From NCBI GenBank assembly GCA_964548145.1, contig CAZJRX010000003.1, forward strand, positions 1 through 36,098: a stretch of 36,098 bases of DNA. The letters are read 5' to 3'. The first letter of the stretch is position 1. Each line of letters opens with the position of its first letter. Shown here piece after piece: positions 18,482-25,764 of the stretch. A program made the position numbers and the translations under genes. The notes beneath the pieces are model-generated. The model had not been told where the DNA came from. It saw only the letters and a program-made list of their open reading frames with translations, and searched no databases. This DNA comes from an uncultured Pseudomonadales bacterium. Its GTDB lineage: Bacteria > Pseudomonadota > Gammaproteobacteria > Pseudomonadales > Azotimanducaceae.

Positions 18482-20905
18482 ATGCTCGAAGCCATGACGA
18501 AATCCACCCGGCGCTTGCCGATGGGGCCTGTCCTGATCGCCGTTCTGGGCCTCGCCAGCGGCATCAGTGCCGCAGAACGATCCAAAACCGGCAGTGTCCT
18601 TCACCTCGGGGGCGGTACGGCCGCCGTTGACGCAGCGCTGGTCGTGCCGCGGTTCTCGGAGGCCGAGGCCGCGATTCGTCTCGACGGCAATCTCGACGAT
18701 GCGATCTGGGCGCAAGTGCCGGCCTACGACCGGATGACGATCATCCGGCCCGACCAGGGCGGCACCGGGCGCTATCGAACACAGACCTTCATCTTCTACA
18801 CCGAACGGGGACTCTACTTCGGTGCCTGGAACGAACAGCCTGCGGACTCGCTGACGCCACGGCTTGCGGGACGCGACGGCTGGGGCACCGGCGACGCCTT
18901 CCAGGTCATGATCGACAGTTCCGGCGAAGGCCGCTACGGGTACTGGTTCATGGTGGTACTCGGCGGTACCTTGGCGGACGGCCACCTGATGCCCGAGCGT
19001 CGCTTCAGCAGCAACTGGGATGGACCCTGGCACGGTGAGACCCAGGAAACAGAGGACGGCTGGACGGTGGAGTTGTTCCTGCCCTGGTCCATGATCGACA
19101 TGCCCAGGACGGCGACCGGCGACCGGCAAATGGGGCTCCTGGTGACCCGCGACCTCGCCGTCGTCAACGAACGCTGGGCGTGGCCCGGGTTGTCATGGAT
19201 ACAGCCGAAATTCATTTCGGCGTTTCAACCGATGCTTTTCAGAGGAGTCGCGCCGCGTCAAGAAGTCAGCATCTTTCCCTACGCGACCCTCTTGCGCGAC
19301 ATCGCGCAAGGTCGGGAGCAGCGAAAGGCCGGCTTCGATGTCTTCTGGCGGCCATCCACCGCGTTCCTCCTCAATGCGGCGGTCAACCCCGATTTCGGCC
19401 AGGTCGAGGCAGACGACATCATCGTCAACCTCTCCGCCTACGAGACGTTCTTCGAGGAGAAACGGCTGTTCTTCACGGAGAACCAGGAGGTCTTCCGGTT
19501 CAGCGGCTACGGACCGAGCCTGCTGCACACCCGGCGCATCGGCTCGTCCATCGGTTCCCGGCGCGGTGCCCCGGACGTCGAACCCGGTATCGTCTACGAC
19601 GGTTACGACGTTGCCAAACCGGTCGATCTGCTGTTCGCTGCCAAGGGCGTCGGGCAGCTCGGCAACTGGCGCTGGGGTGCACTCGGCGCTGCGGAGGACG
19701 ACACGCTTCTCGGAATCGTCGACGCAGCCGGGAGGGCAGCCGCGGCCGGTCGAAATTTTGGGGTATTGCGCTGGCAACACGAGAGCACGGCCGGCGGCGC
19801 CCGCCGCGCAATCGGCTGGATGGGAACACTGGTCGACCACCCGACCCGGCGCGCAGAAACGCACGGTATCGACGGCCACTACCGTTCGGCCAACGCGAAA
19901 TGGACCTGGGACACGCAGGTGTTCCTGAGCGATGTCGCTGACAGCAGGGGTGCCGGGGGGTTGGGCCAGCTCCGATGGGCGCCGCGTCGGGGCGACACCC
20001 ACGTACTCCGCATGGACTACTACGACGACGAACTCGACCTCAACGACGCGGGCTTCATCTGGCGCAACGACTACCGCGGCATCTCGTATGGCTTCGAGCG
20101 TCAAGATCACCAAACCGAACGATTCCGCGAGGTCTTTAGCCAGTTTTCCATCTTCGCCGACTTCAACGGCGACCGTCGGATCGGGAGCACTGTCGACGTT
20201 GCCAGGCACTGGTCGTTCCACAACAACACCCGCGCCACCCTGCGAACCATCTACAGCCCCGGGTACTGGGACGACCGCAACAGCCGTGGCAACGGCGACT
20301 ATCGGGTACAGCGCAATGGCAGCATCATGACCACCTGGTCAAGTGACACCGCCAAACGCCTCTATGCGTTCATCGGCGGCGTGGCTCGTAGCGAGCCCGA
20401 AGGCGGTTGGCTTTTGGAAGCCGACGTCGGCACTACCTGGCGCCCGGTCGCCCGGCTCGCGGTTTCGTCTCGCCTCCGCTACACCAACCGCGATGCCTGG
20501 GTGCTATGGCAGCATGGTCGGCACTTCGAGGCGTTCGAGACCGAGCAGTGGTCACCGCGTCTGCAATTCGATGCCTTCTTCACCGCCCGTCAGCAGTTGC
20601 GGTTCCAAGCTGAATGGACAGGAATCAAGGCCTACGGCGTCGAACGGCTTCTCATCGATCCGCGCGGCAAGCTGGTGCCCAGCGGCATCGAAACCGGGCA
20701 ATTCGCCATTAGCAGACTGACGCTACAGGTCCGCTACCGCTGGCAGATCGCGCCGCTCTCCGATCTCTTCGTGGTCTACAACCGCAATGGATCGCTCTTC
20801 GAGTCGTCCACCGACAAGCGCTTCGCCGATCTCTTGGGGGACGCCTTTGCCGACGTGCGCCGCGAGGCCGTGCTCGTCAAGCTCCGCTACCGTTTCGGCC
20901 GATGA
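18482..20905 (+). CDS. Secreted CBM9-like / DUF5916-type large protein
   Basis: 807 aa with a signal peptide (..VLIAVLGLASGISAAE). The N-terminal region LDGNLDDAIWAQVPAYD..F..ERGLYFGAW resembles carbohydrate-binding family 9. The long beta-rich C-terminal part ends ..LVKLRYRFGR with a terminal aromatic, which is barrel-like. The family assignment is from memory. Confidence 0.75.
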   Translation: MLEAMTKSTRRLPMGPVLIAVLGLASGISAAERSKTGSVLHLGGGTAAVDAALVVPRFSEAEAAIRLDGNLDDAIWAQVPAYDRMTIIRPDQGGTGRYRTQTFIFYTERGLYFGAWNEQPADSLTPRLAGRDGWGTGDAFQVMIDSSGEGRYGYWFMVVLGGTLADGHLMPERRFSSNWDGPWHGETQETEDGWTVELFLPWSMIDMPRTATGDRQMGLLVTRDLAVVNERWAWPGLSWIQPKFISAFQPMLFRGVAPRQEVSIFPYATLLRDIAQGREQRKAGFDVFWRPSTAFLLNAAVNPDFGQVEADDIIVNLSAYETFFEEKRLFFTENQEVFRFSGYGPSLLHTRRIGSSIGSRRGAPDVEPGIVYDGYDVAKPVDLLFAAKGVGQLGNWRWGALGAAEDDTLLGIVDAAGRAAAAGRNFGVLRWQHESTAGGARRAIGWMGTLVDHPTRRAETHGIDGHYRSANAKWTWDTQVFLSDVADSRGAGGLGQLRWAPRRGDTHVLRMDYYDDELDLNDAGFIWRNDYRGISYGFERQDHQTERFREVFSQFSIFADFNGDRRIGSTVDVARHWSFHNNTRATLRTIYSPGYWDDRNSRGNGDYRVQRNGSIMTTWSSDTAKRLYAFIGGVARSEPEGGWLLEADVGTTWRPVARLAVSSRLRYTNRDAWVLWQHGRHFEAFETEQWSPRLQFDAFFTARQQLRFQAEWTGIKAYGVERLLIDPRGKLVPSGIETGQFAISRLTLQVRYRWQIAPLSDLFVVYNRNGSLFESSTDKRFADLLGDAFADVRREAVLVKLRYRFGR

Positions 20906-21170
20906 CAATCCCCACTCGCGTGGGCGCATCCCGCACCGGCGCAAAGCACTGCTCCCTGTGGCCACTGGCAGGGCAACGGATCCAAAGAGCGAGTGTCCGC
21001 TCGCCTGCAACCGGGAAGGTCGAGTTGCCCCCAACAAAACCTGCAAGCAACGCGCGCCTTACCCGATTAACATACGCGCCGGGGTTACAGCACGGGAAAC
21101 GCCCTAGCCGGCGACGCGAGGACAGCGGCTATGCTGCGCCCCCGCGTATTTGGCAAGGATTTTCACGACC

Positions 21171-21410
21171 ATGCCCATAGGCCCGAACGGAGAGAAACGA
21201 CCGCCTGCCGTGGTCGCCAATGCCGTGCTCAGCATGAGGATCGTCACCGGTCAATCCGACGAAGTCATTGTGAAGACCAGCGCGCCGGCTAAAGACAGCT
21301 ACCAGGCCACAAAGCTGCCCATCAGGCGTCCCAGCAGAATCACCATGCTAGCCGCAGTTGCCCGTTGGGGTCCGCGACCATCCAAGGACATCGCCCTCGG
21401 CAGAGCATGA
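21171..21410 (+). CDS. Small conserved-looking hypothetical protein
   Basis: MPIGPNGEKRPPAVVANAVLSMRIVTGQSDE.. resembles a small-protein family recalled from alphaproteobacteria (..GEKRPADVIGNAV.VM.IATGE..). The track start at 21150 is TTG; the ATG at 21171 is more likely. Confidence 0.45.
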   Translation: MPIGPNGEKRPPAVVANAVLSMRIVTGQSDEVIVKTSAPAKDSYQATKLPIRRPSRITMLAAVARWGPRPSKDIALGRA

Positions 21411-21449
21411 AACCATCGAATGCCCGTACTTGAACGCGCCTGAACCCGA

Positions 21450-22181
21450 ATGAACCGGTTGCCCAGCCCCAAACGTGCCGCGATATTGACCATGCTGGTC
21501 GAGGGGACTTCGATGCGATCAGTCTCGCGGCACGCCCACGTCAGCATCAACACGGTAACCAAACTTCTCATCGACGTTGGTGCTGCCGCCAAGGCCTACC
21601 ATGACGAGCACGTGCGTCGGATTCCCGGGCGCCGCCGAATCGAGTGTTGCCAGACATGGGCGTTCAGCTATCGGAATCCAGAACAACCCCAAAGCGCGTC
21701 CCGAGACATCCGGAATGCGTGGACTCTCGCGGGTGTCGACGCCGACAGCCGACTGATCGTGTCATTTCTCGTGGGCGACGAGAGCCGTCGCACCGCCAAT
21801 GCGTTCATCGCGGACGTACGACGCAGGCTGGAGCAGAACCCGGAACTGGCAACGAACCAGCTGCAGGGCATACGGGACCTGACGGATGAGGCCTGGCGCA
21901 ACTTCGCACCCGGCGGGCCCGCCCGTTCGGACATCACCCTACCCATGCCCAACAGCCTGGAGCAACGCCGGCTGGAGAAGCACATGGCGGTGATCGATCT
22001 TTACGCGCTGCACTACAACTTCTGCCGCGTTCACCCGGAACTGGCTGTAACCCCGGCGATGCGAGCAGGACTGGATGACCGCGTTCGCGGCCCGGCATGG
22101 ATGGTCGACCTCGTCGATGCCCGGGCCACGAAGCCAAACCGCCCCAAAACCTACCGGCGGCGGACCATCGATTCAAACTGA
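21450..22181 (+). CDS. IS1-like transposase homologue, apparently degenerate (HTH retained, catalytic acidic residues substituted, central part shortened)
   Basis: The N-terminus MNRLPSPKRAAILTMLVEGTSMRSVSRHAHVSINTVTKLLIDVGAAAKAYHDEHVR matches the HTH region of a transposase family recalled as ..RVQCDEIWSF.. / ..LTTDGH... Here these read RRIECCQTWAF and ELATNQL, and the protein is about 60 aa shorter than I recall for the family. No terminal inverted repeats seen. Confidence 0.55.
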   Translation: MNRLPSPKRAAILTMLVEGTSMRSVSRHAHVSINTVTKLLIDVGAAAKAYHDEHVRRIPGRRRIECCQTWAFSYRNPEQPQSASRDIRNAWTLAGVDADSRLIVSFLVGDESRRTANAFIADVRRRLEQNPELATNQLQGIRDLTDEAWRNFAPGGPARSDITLPMPNSLEQRRLEKHMAVIDLYALHYNFCRVHPELAVTPAMRAGLDDRVRGPAWMVDLVDARATKPNRPKTYRRRTIDSN

Positions 22182-22197
22182 TACATCAATAGCCGTT

Positions 22198-22241
22198 GTG
22201 CGGCGCGAGCACCTTGCGGTACGTTGATGGATGCGCCGCAC
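22198..22241. promoter_or_regulatory. Perfect 9-bp inverted repeat GTGCGGCGC-N26-GCGCCGCAC upstream of the precursor gene
   Basis: The arms lie at 22198-22206 and 22233-22241, between the transposase-like stop (22181) and the precursor RBS (AAGGGGGG at about 22253-22260). It could be an operator, a 5'-leader hairpin or a terminator of the upstream gene. Confidence 0.3.
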
Positions 22242-22266
22242 GGCGGTCCCTAAAGGGGGGTACGAA

Positions 22267-22578
22267 GTGAAAGCAACCGAGATGTTGGAGCAGTTGCTGT
22301 CGAGGGCGGGCGAAGACCCAGACTTTCGAACGCGCCTGCTGGCTGACCCGGAAGGAACACTAAAGGACGAATACGGGTTCAAGGTGCCTGAGGGAATGGA
22401 ACTGAAGGTAATCGAAGACTCGAGATCCACCTCGCACCTCGTCCTCCCGCCCAATCCGCAACTGAGCACGGCAGAAATGCGCGCGATCAGTGGCGGCGTT
22501 GGGAACGTCGACAACAACGAAGGCACCGGCGGTGGCGACACCGACTATACCCAACACCCGATCTTCCACGACAACTAG
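22267..22578 (+). CDS. NHLP (nitrile-hydratase-like leader peptide) family RiPP precursor with a double-glycine cleavage site
   Basis: ..MLEQLLSRAGEDPDFRTRLLADPEGTLKDEYGFKVPEGMELKVIEDSRSTSHLVLPPNPQLSTAEMRAISGG | VGNVDNNEGTGGGDTDYTQHPIFHDN. The leader follows the NHLP consensus (..D..F...Ll.nP...l.e.G..lPeg.e.kV.e.....hLVLPpnP...s..el..i.GG). The GTG at 22267 sits 6 nt after AAGGGGGG. The track ATG at 22231 and the ATG at 22282 are alternatives. Confidence 0.85.
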   Translation: MKATEMLEQLLSRAGEDPDFRTRLLADPEGTLKDEYGFKVPEGMELKVIEDSRSTSHLVLPPNPQLSTAEMRAISGGVGNVDNNEGTGGGDTDYTQHPIFHDN

Positions 22579-22583
22579 CCCGC

Positions 22584-22669
22584 AGCCCGACGAATGATGG
22601 CCATAATACGGCATCGCAAATGCGATTCGAGTGAGAGCCTTTTGCCGCGTTCATTAGACTAACGGGCTT
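22584..22669. repeat. Copy A of an 86-nt element shared with the interior of the oxygenase gene (direct orientation)
   Basis: Hand alignment with 29370-29453 gives 71 identical of 86 columns, 13 mismatches and two 1-nt indels. The identical runs are 13, 11, 11, 10 and 9 nt long. It starts 6 nt after the precursor stop codon. Confidence 0.8.
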
Positions 22670-22724
22670 CGCCTCAGACCGACGAGCCCGATCCAATCGG
22701 GTCGACCATTGCGCGGCTGAGGTG
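22670..22724 (+). promoter_or_regulatory. Nested hairpin in the precursor-to-transporter spacer (candidate attenuator or processing structure)
   Basis: The outer stem is cGCCTCAG (22670-22677) with CTGAGGtG (22717-22724, including a G-U pair). The inner hairpin is CCCGAT-cca-ATCGGG (about 22687-22701). No U-tract. Confidence 0.3.
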
Positions 22725-22814
22725 CGAGGGGATCCATCGCCGCCCGGACAGGCACGCAGGCTCCGCACAACGTGTTAGAGTCGGCCCCTTCGAGGGGATC
22801 CTGCCGCCTGGACA
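22725..22814. repeat. Two ~25-nt direct repeats 66 bp apart, upstream of the HlyD-like gene
   Basis: CGAGGGGATCCATCGCCGCCCGGACA (22725-22750) against CGAGGGGATCC-T-GCCGCCTGGACA (22791-22814). Each contains a GGATCC palindrome. The second is preceded by a CCCCT-tcg-AGGGG hairpin. Confidence 0.6.
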
Positions 22815-22850
22815 ACGCCAGTCGACGGCATACACACGTCGGAAGCGACC

Positions 22851-23555
22851 GTGCCCAACCGTTTCCCATGGGATAGATCGGAACGTCCCCGCGCTGGCGA
22901 CGCGAGTCCCCGTTCGAAGAATGCGCGCCTGCCCCACCAACCGCCGACCGCCAGTGACCGTGGATCGGAGGAGCCGGCGACGACCAAACCGCAGCTCTTC
23001 GCCAGCAACCGGTTGTTCAACGAAGAGGCGCTCAAGATGAGCGCCGAACTGGAGCCGGTCGACAATCCGACCCGTTCCACCACGCCGTACCAACCGCATG
23101 TCCTCGTTGCCCTTGGCCTAGTGCTCGTCGGCGCCCTCGCTTGGCTCCTACTCGGCGTCGTGGACCACAGCCTATGGCTGCGGGCCGAACGTATCGACGG
23201 TGCCGCCGTTGCGCCACCCGGTTCTGCGCCCGTCGTCCGGTTGCGCACGGTAGTCTCGCCCTCGGATGGCGAACTCCTGGCACCCGGGATGACCGCGTAT
23301 GTCTTTCAGGGCGGTTCCGATGGCGTTTTTTTCGAGGGTTCAATCAGTCGCGTGACCCGCGACACGTCCCACCAGGCGACGCCAACCACCAGGAGGGTCC
23401 TGCAGATCGATGTCTCGCCAACGACGACGTTGGTGCTCGAGCCTAGCGATACGGACTCGAGCTATCGGCTACGGGTGCCGATTGGTTCGCAAGCGCCGGT
23501 GGATCTGCTCCTCGGCTTAGTCAGCCGGCGAACCGCCGTAACCGAGGACGGATGA
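22851..23555 (+). CDS. Short HlyD-family-like adaptor of the NHLP export system
   Basis: 234 aa with a GTG start. RLFNEEALKMSAELEPVD matches the lFR.eAL..lss.e.LD N-terminal motif of bacteriocin HlyD proteins. A TM segment follows (HVLVALGLVLVGALAWLLLGVV), then a single beta-rich domain (..LAPGMTAYVF..GVFFEGSISRV..). The stop overlaps the ABC start (ATGA at 23552-23555). Confidence 0.62.
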   Translation: MPNRFPWDRSERPRAGDASPRSKNARLPHQPPTASDRGSEEPATTKPQLFASNRLFNEEALKMSAELEPVDNPTRSTTPYQPHVLVALGLVLVGALAWLLLGVVDHSLWLRAERIDGAAVAPPGSAPVVRLRTVVSPSDGELLAPGMTAYVFQGGSDGVFFEGSISRVTRDTSHQATPTTRRVLQIDVSPTTTLVLEPSDTDSSYRLRVPIGSQAPVDLLLGLVSRRTAVTEDG

Positions 23556-25744
23556 GGTCCGCATTCGCCGAGTTCCGGGGCCGATTGCGTCGCATTCGAA
23601 GGACCCCGGTTTTCCAGCAGATTCAAGCCAGCGAATGCGGTGCCGCGAGCCTGGGCATCGTTCTCGCGAGCCTCGGCAAGTGGGTTCGGATGAACGAGCT
23701 GTGCAGCGCTTGCGGCGTGAGCCGGGACGGATGTTCCGCGGCGGACATTCAACGAGCGGCAGCGCAATACGGCGTCGACGTGACCGGCTGGCAGCGCTCC
23801 GCCGAATACCTGAAGAGCCTCAAGACCCCTGCAATCCTGTTCTGGGAGTTTAGCCACTTCCTTGTGCTTGACGGATTCAAGAAAAACCGCTTCCACATCA
23901 ACGATCCGGCGAACGGCCACTACACGCTCGACGAGGCGACCTTCAAGGCGCGCTACATGGGCATCGTTCTGCTATTGCATCCGGGGCCGAATTTCACGCC
24001 ATCGGGTAGACCCTTCTCGCTCTGGCGGCAACTCCTGCCCTGGGTCCGTGACGAGAAGACCCCGATCATCCTCGCCTTCATGCTCGGCGTGCTATTGGCG
24101 GTGCCTACCTTGGCCCTGCCCGAGCTCATACGGTATTTCACCGACGCGGCGACCGGGCCAACCCGCCCCTCCGCCGTTCTGGTGGTAGGCGGCGCGGTTA
24201 CCATCGCGGGCTCGGTGTTTGCGCTCGTGTGGGGTCAGCAGCGAATCCTCCTCGCGGCCAGCATGCGAATCGCCGTCGCGCAGTCCGAACGCTTTCTTGC
24301 GGCGCTGTTGCGACTGCCCATGGCGTACTTCGCGCAACGCCTGTCCGGGGAACTGGCGTCGCGCACGCGGTTGCTCGACAACATCGCGAACACGGCCACA
24401 GCCCGGCTGGCGCAACTCATGATCGAGCTCACGATGAGCACGATCTACCTGGTCTGGATCGTACTTCAGGATTTGCTCCTCGCCGGTACAGCCGTGGTGG
24501 TTGCCGCATCGAACGTTGCCCTCGCCCGTTGGGTCTCCCACCGGCGCAAGCACGAGAACTTTCGGTTGCGCCGCAGCCAAGGCATGTTGTCGGGCATCGG
24601 CACGATGGGCGTAAAGAACCTCGACTCCCTCCGAGCTTCCGGTGCCGAGGGAGACTTCTTCACGCGTTTCAGCGGCTACCAAGCCCTTGAACTCGGCTAT
24701 CGCCAACGCTCTGCGGAACTCGGTGCCATTGCGAACTCATTGCCACCGTTCTTTCTCATGCTGGGCGGCGCCGTGGTCCTCGGCGTGGGCGGCATGCGCG
24801 TGATATCGGGGGATATGTCCATCGGCGACGTCGCCGCCACCTACTTCGTGATCGGCAGCTTCCTTTTGCCCATCGGCAGGTACGTCGAGTCGGTGGGACT
24901 GATACAGATCCTCGAAGCCGACATGCGGCGTGTAAAGGATGTCCTGGATGCCGACCCGGACGCCAGTGCGGAAACACCAGCCAAGTCAAGCCGAGTCGCC
25001 AGCATCGGTCGACGCCTGCGTCTCTCCGGGCGGCTAGAGCTGCGCGATGTCACCTTCGGCTATCGACCACATCACGAGCCGATCATCGAAGGGTTCAATC
25101 TGACCCTCGAACCCGGCCAGCGAGTCGCGCTGGTCGGGCCGAGCGGTTCCGGCAAATCGACGATCGCGTCTCTGATCGCCGGCGTCCATAGGCCTTGGTC
25201 CGGCGAAATACTGTTCGACGGACACGCCCGCGACGACATTCCCCGCGAAGTCGCAATCGACTCGGTTGCCTACGTGAACCAGCGGGTAAACCTCTTTTCC
25301 GGCAGCGTCCGGGACAACCTCACCATGTGGAACCCGACAGTTCCGGATGGCCTCGTGGTCGGCGCGGCCCAGGACGCGCATATTCACGACGAGATCGCAC
25401 AGCGACCGCTGGGCTACGACACGCTGGTAGACGAAGGCGGCAACAACTTCAGCGGCGGCCAACGGCAGAGGCTGGAGATCGCCCGAGCACTCGTACCCCG
25501 ACCGTCATTGATCATTCTCGACGAAGCGACGAGCGACCTCGACGCCGCCGTGGAGTCCCGCATCGATGATGCCCTCCGCCGCCGGGGTTGCGCATGCCTC
25601 ATCGTTGCCCACCGGCTGAGCACGATACGCGACAGCGACGAAATCCTCGTTCTCGATCGTGGCCGGACCGCCCAGCGCGGTCAGCACGAAGAGTTGATGC
25701 GGGAGGAAACGGGCCTCTATCACTCCCTGGTGACGTCGCAGTAG
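23552..25744 (+). CDS. NHLP-type bacteriocin ABC exporter with an N-terminal C39 peptidase domain (peptidase/permease/ATPase)
   Basis: 730 aa. C39 catalytic context QASECGAASLGIVL, ..FSHFLVLDG.. and ..INDPANG. A six-TM permease region follows. Walker A GPSGSGKST, signature FSGGQRQR, Walker B LIILDEATS. Confidence 0.93.
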   Translation: MRSAFAEFRGRLRRIRRTPVFQQIQASECGAASLGIVLASLGKWVRMNELCSACGVSRDGCSAADIQRAAAQYGVDVTGWQRSAEYLKSLKTPAILFWEFSHFLVLDGFKKNRFHINDPANGHYTLDEATFKARYMGIVLLLHPGPNFTPSGRPFSLWRQLLPWVRDEKTPIILAFMLGVLLAVPTLALPELIRYFTDAATGPTRPSAVLVVGGAVTIAGSVFALVWGQQRILLAASMRIAVAQSERFLAALLRLPMAYFAQRLSGELASRTRLLDNIANTATARLAQLMIELTMSTIYLVWIVLQDLLLAGTAVVVAASNVALARWVSHRRKHENFRLRRSQGMLSGIGTMGVKNLDSLRASGAEGDFFTRFSGYQALELGYRQRSAELGAIANSLPPFFLMLGGAVVLGVGGMRVISGDMSIGDVAATYFVIGSFLLPIGRYVESVGLIQILEADMRRVKDVLDADPDASAETPAKSSRVASIGRRLRLSGRLELRDVTFGYRPHHEPIIEGFNLTLEPGQRVALVGPSGSGKSTIASLIAGVHRPWSGEILFDGHARDDIPREVAIDSVAYVNQRVNLFSGSVRDNLTMWNPTVPDGLVVGAAQDAHIHDEIAQRPLGYDTLVDEGGNNFSGGQRQRLEIARALVPRPSLIILDEATSDLDAAVESRIDDALRRRGCACLIVAHRLSTIRDSDEILVLDRGRTAQRGQHEELMREETGLYHSLVTSQ

Positions 25745-25764
25745 GCGGCTGCGGAGGAATTCGG

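Noticed and set aside
21151-21166. TGGCA-N7-TTTCA resembling a sigma-54 -24/-12 element before the small ORF
   Set aside because: The -12 element lacks the conserved GC (TTGC). The spacing is approximate, and the motif sits inside the possible TTG-started reading frame.
22360-22614. 84-aa minus-strand ORF starting MPYYGHHSSG, resembling the oxygenase segment MPDYGHHSSGWG
   Set aside because: The resemblance comes from the shared 86-nt element. The rest of the ORF is antisense to the precursor coding region, and the neighbouring homologous peptide (LMNAAKGSHSN) is in a different frame. It is therefore not a coding paralogue.
22579-22662. In-frame extension after the precursor TAG (PAARRMMAIIRHRKCDSSESLLPRSLD), considered as stop-codon read-through or a 22-aa mini-ORF adding a Cys
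   Set aside because: There is no read-through signal, no RBS for the mini-ORF, and the sequence is explained by the repeat element. This is speculation without support.
25588-25764. Upstream extension of the second ABC gene given in the ORF track
   Set aside because: It would overlap ABC1 by 157 nt with an Arg/Pro-rich peptide. The ATG at 25765 has a GGAGG RBS and begins 21 nt after the ABC1 stop.
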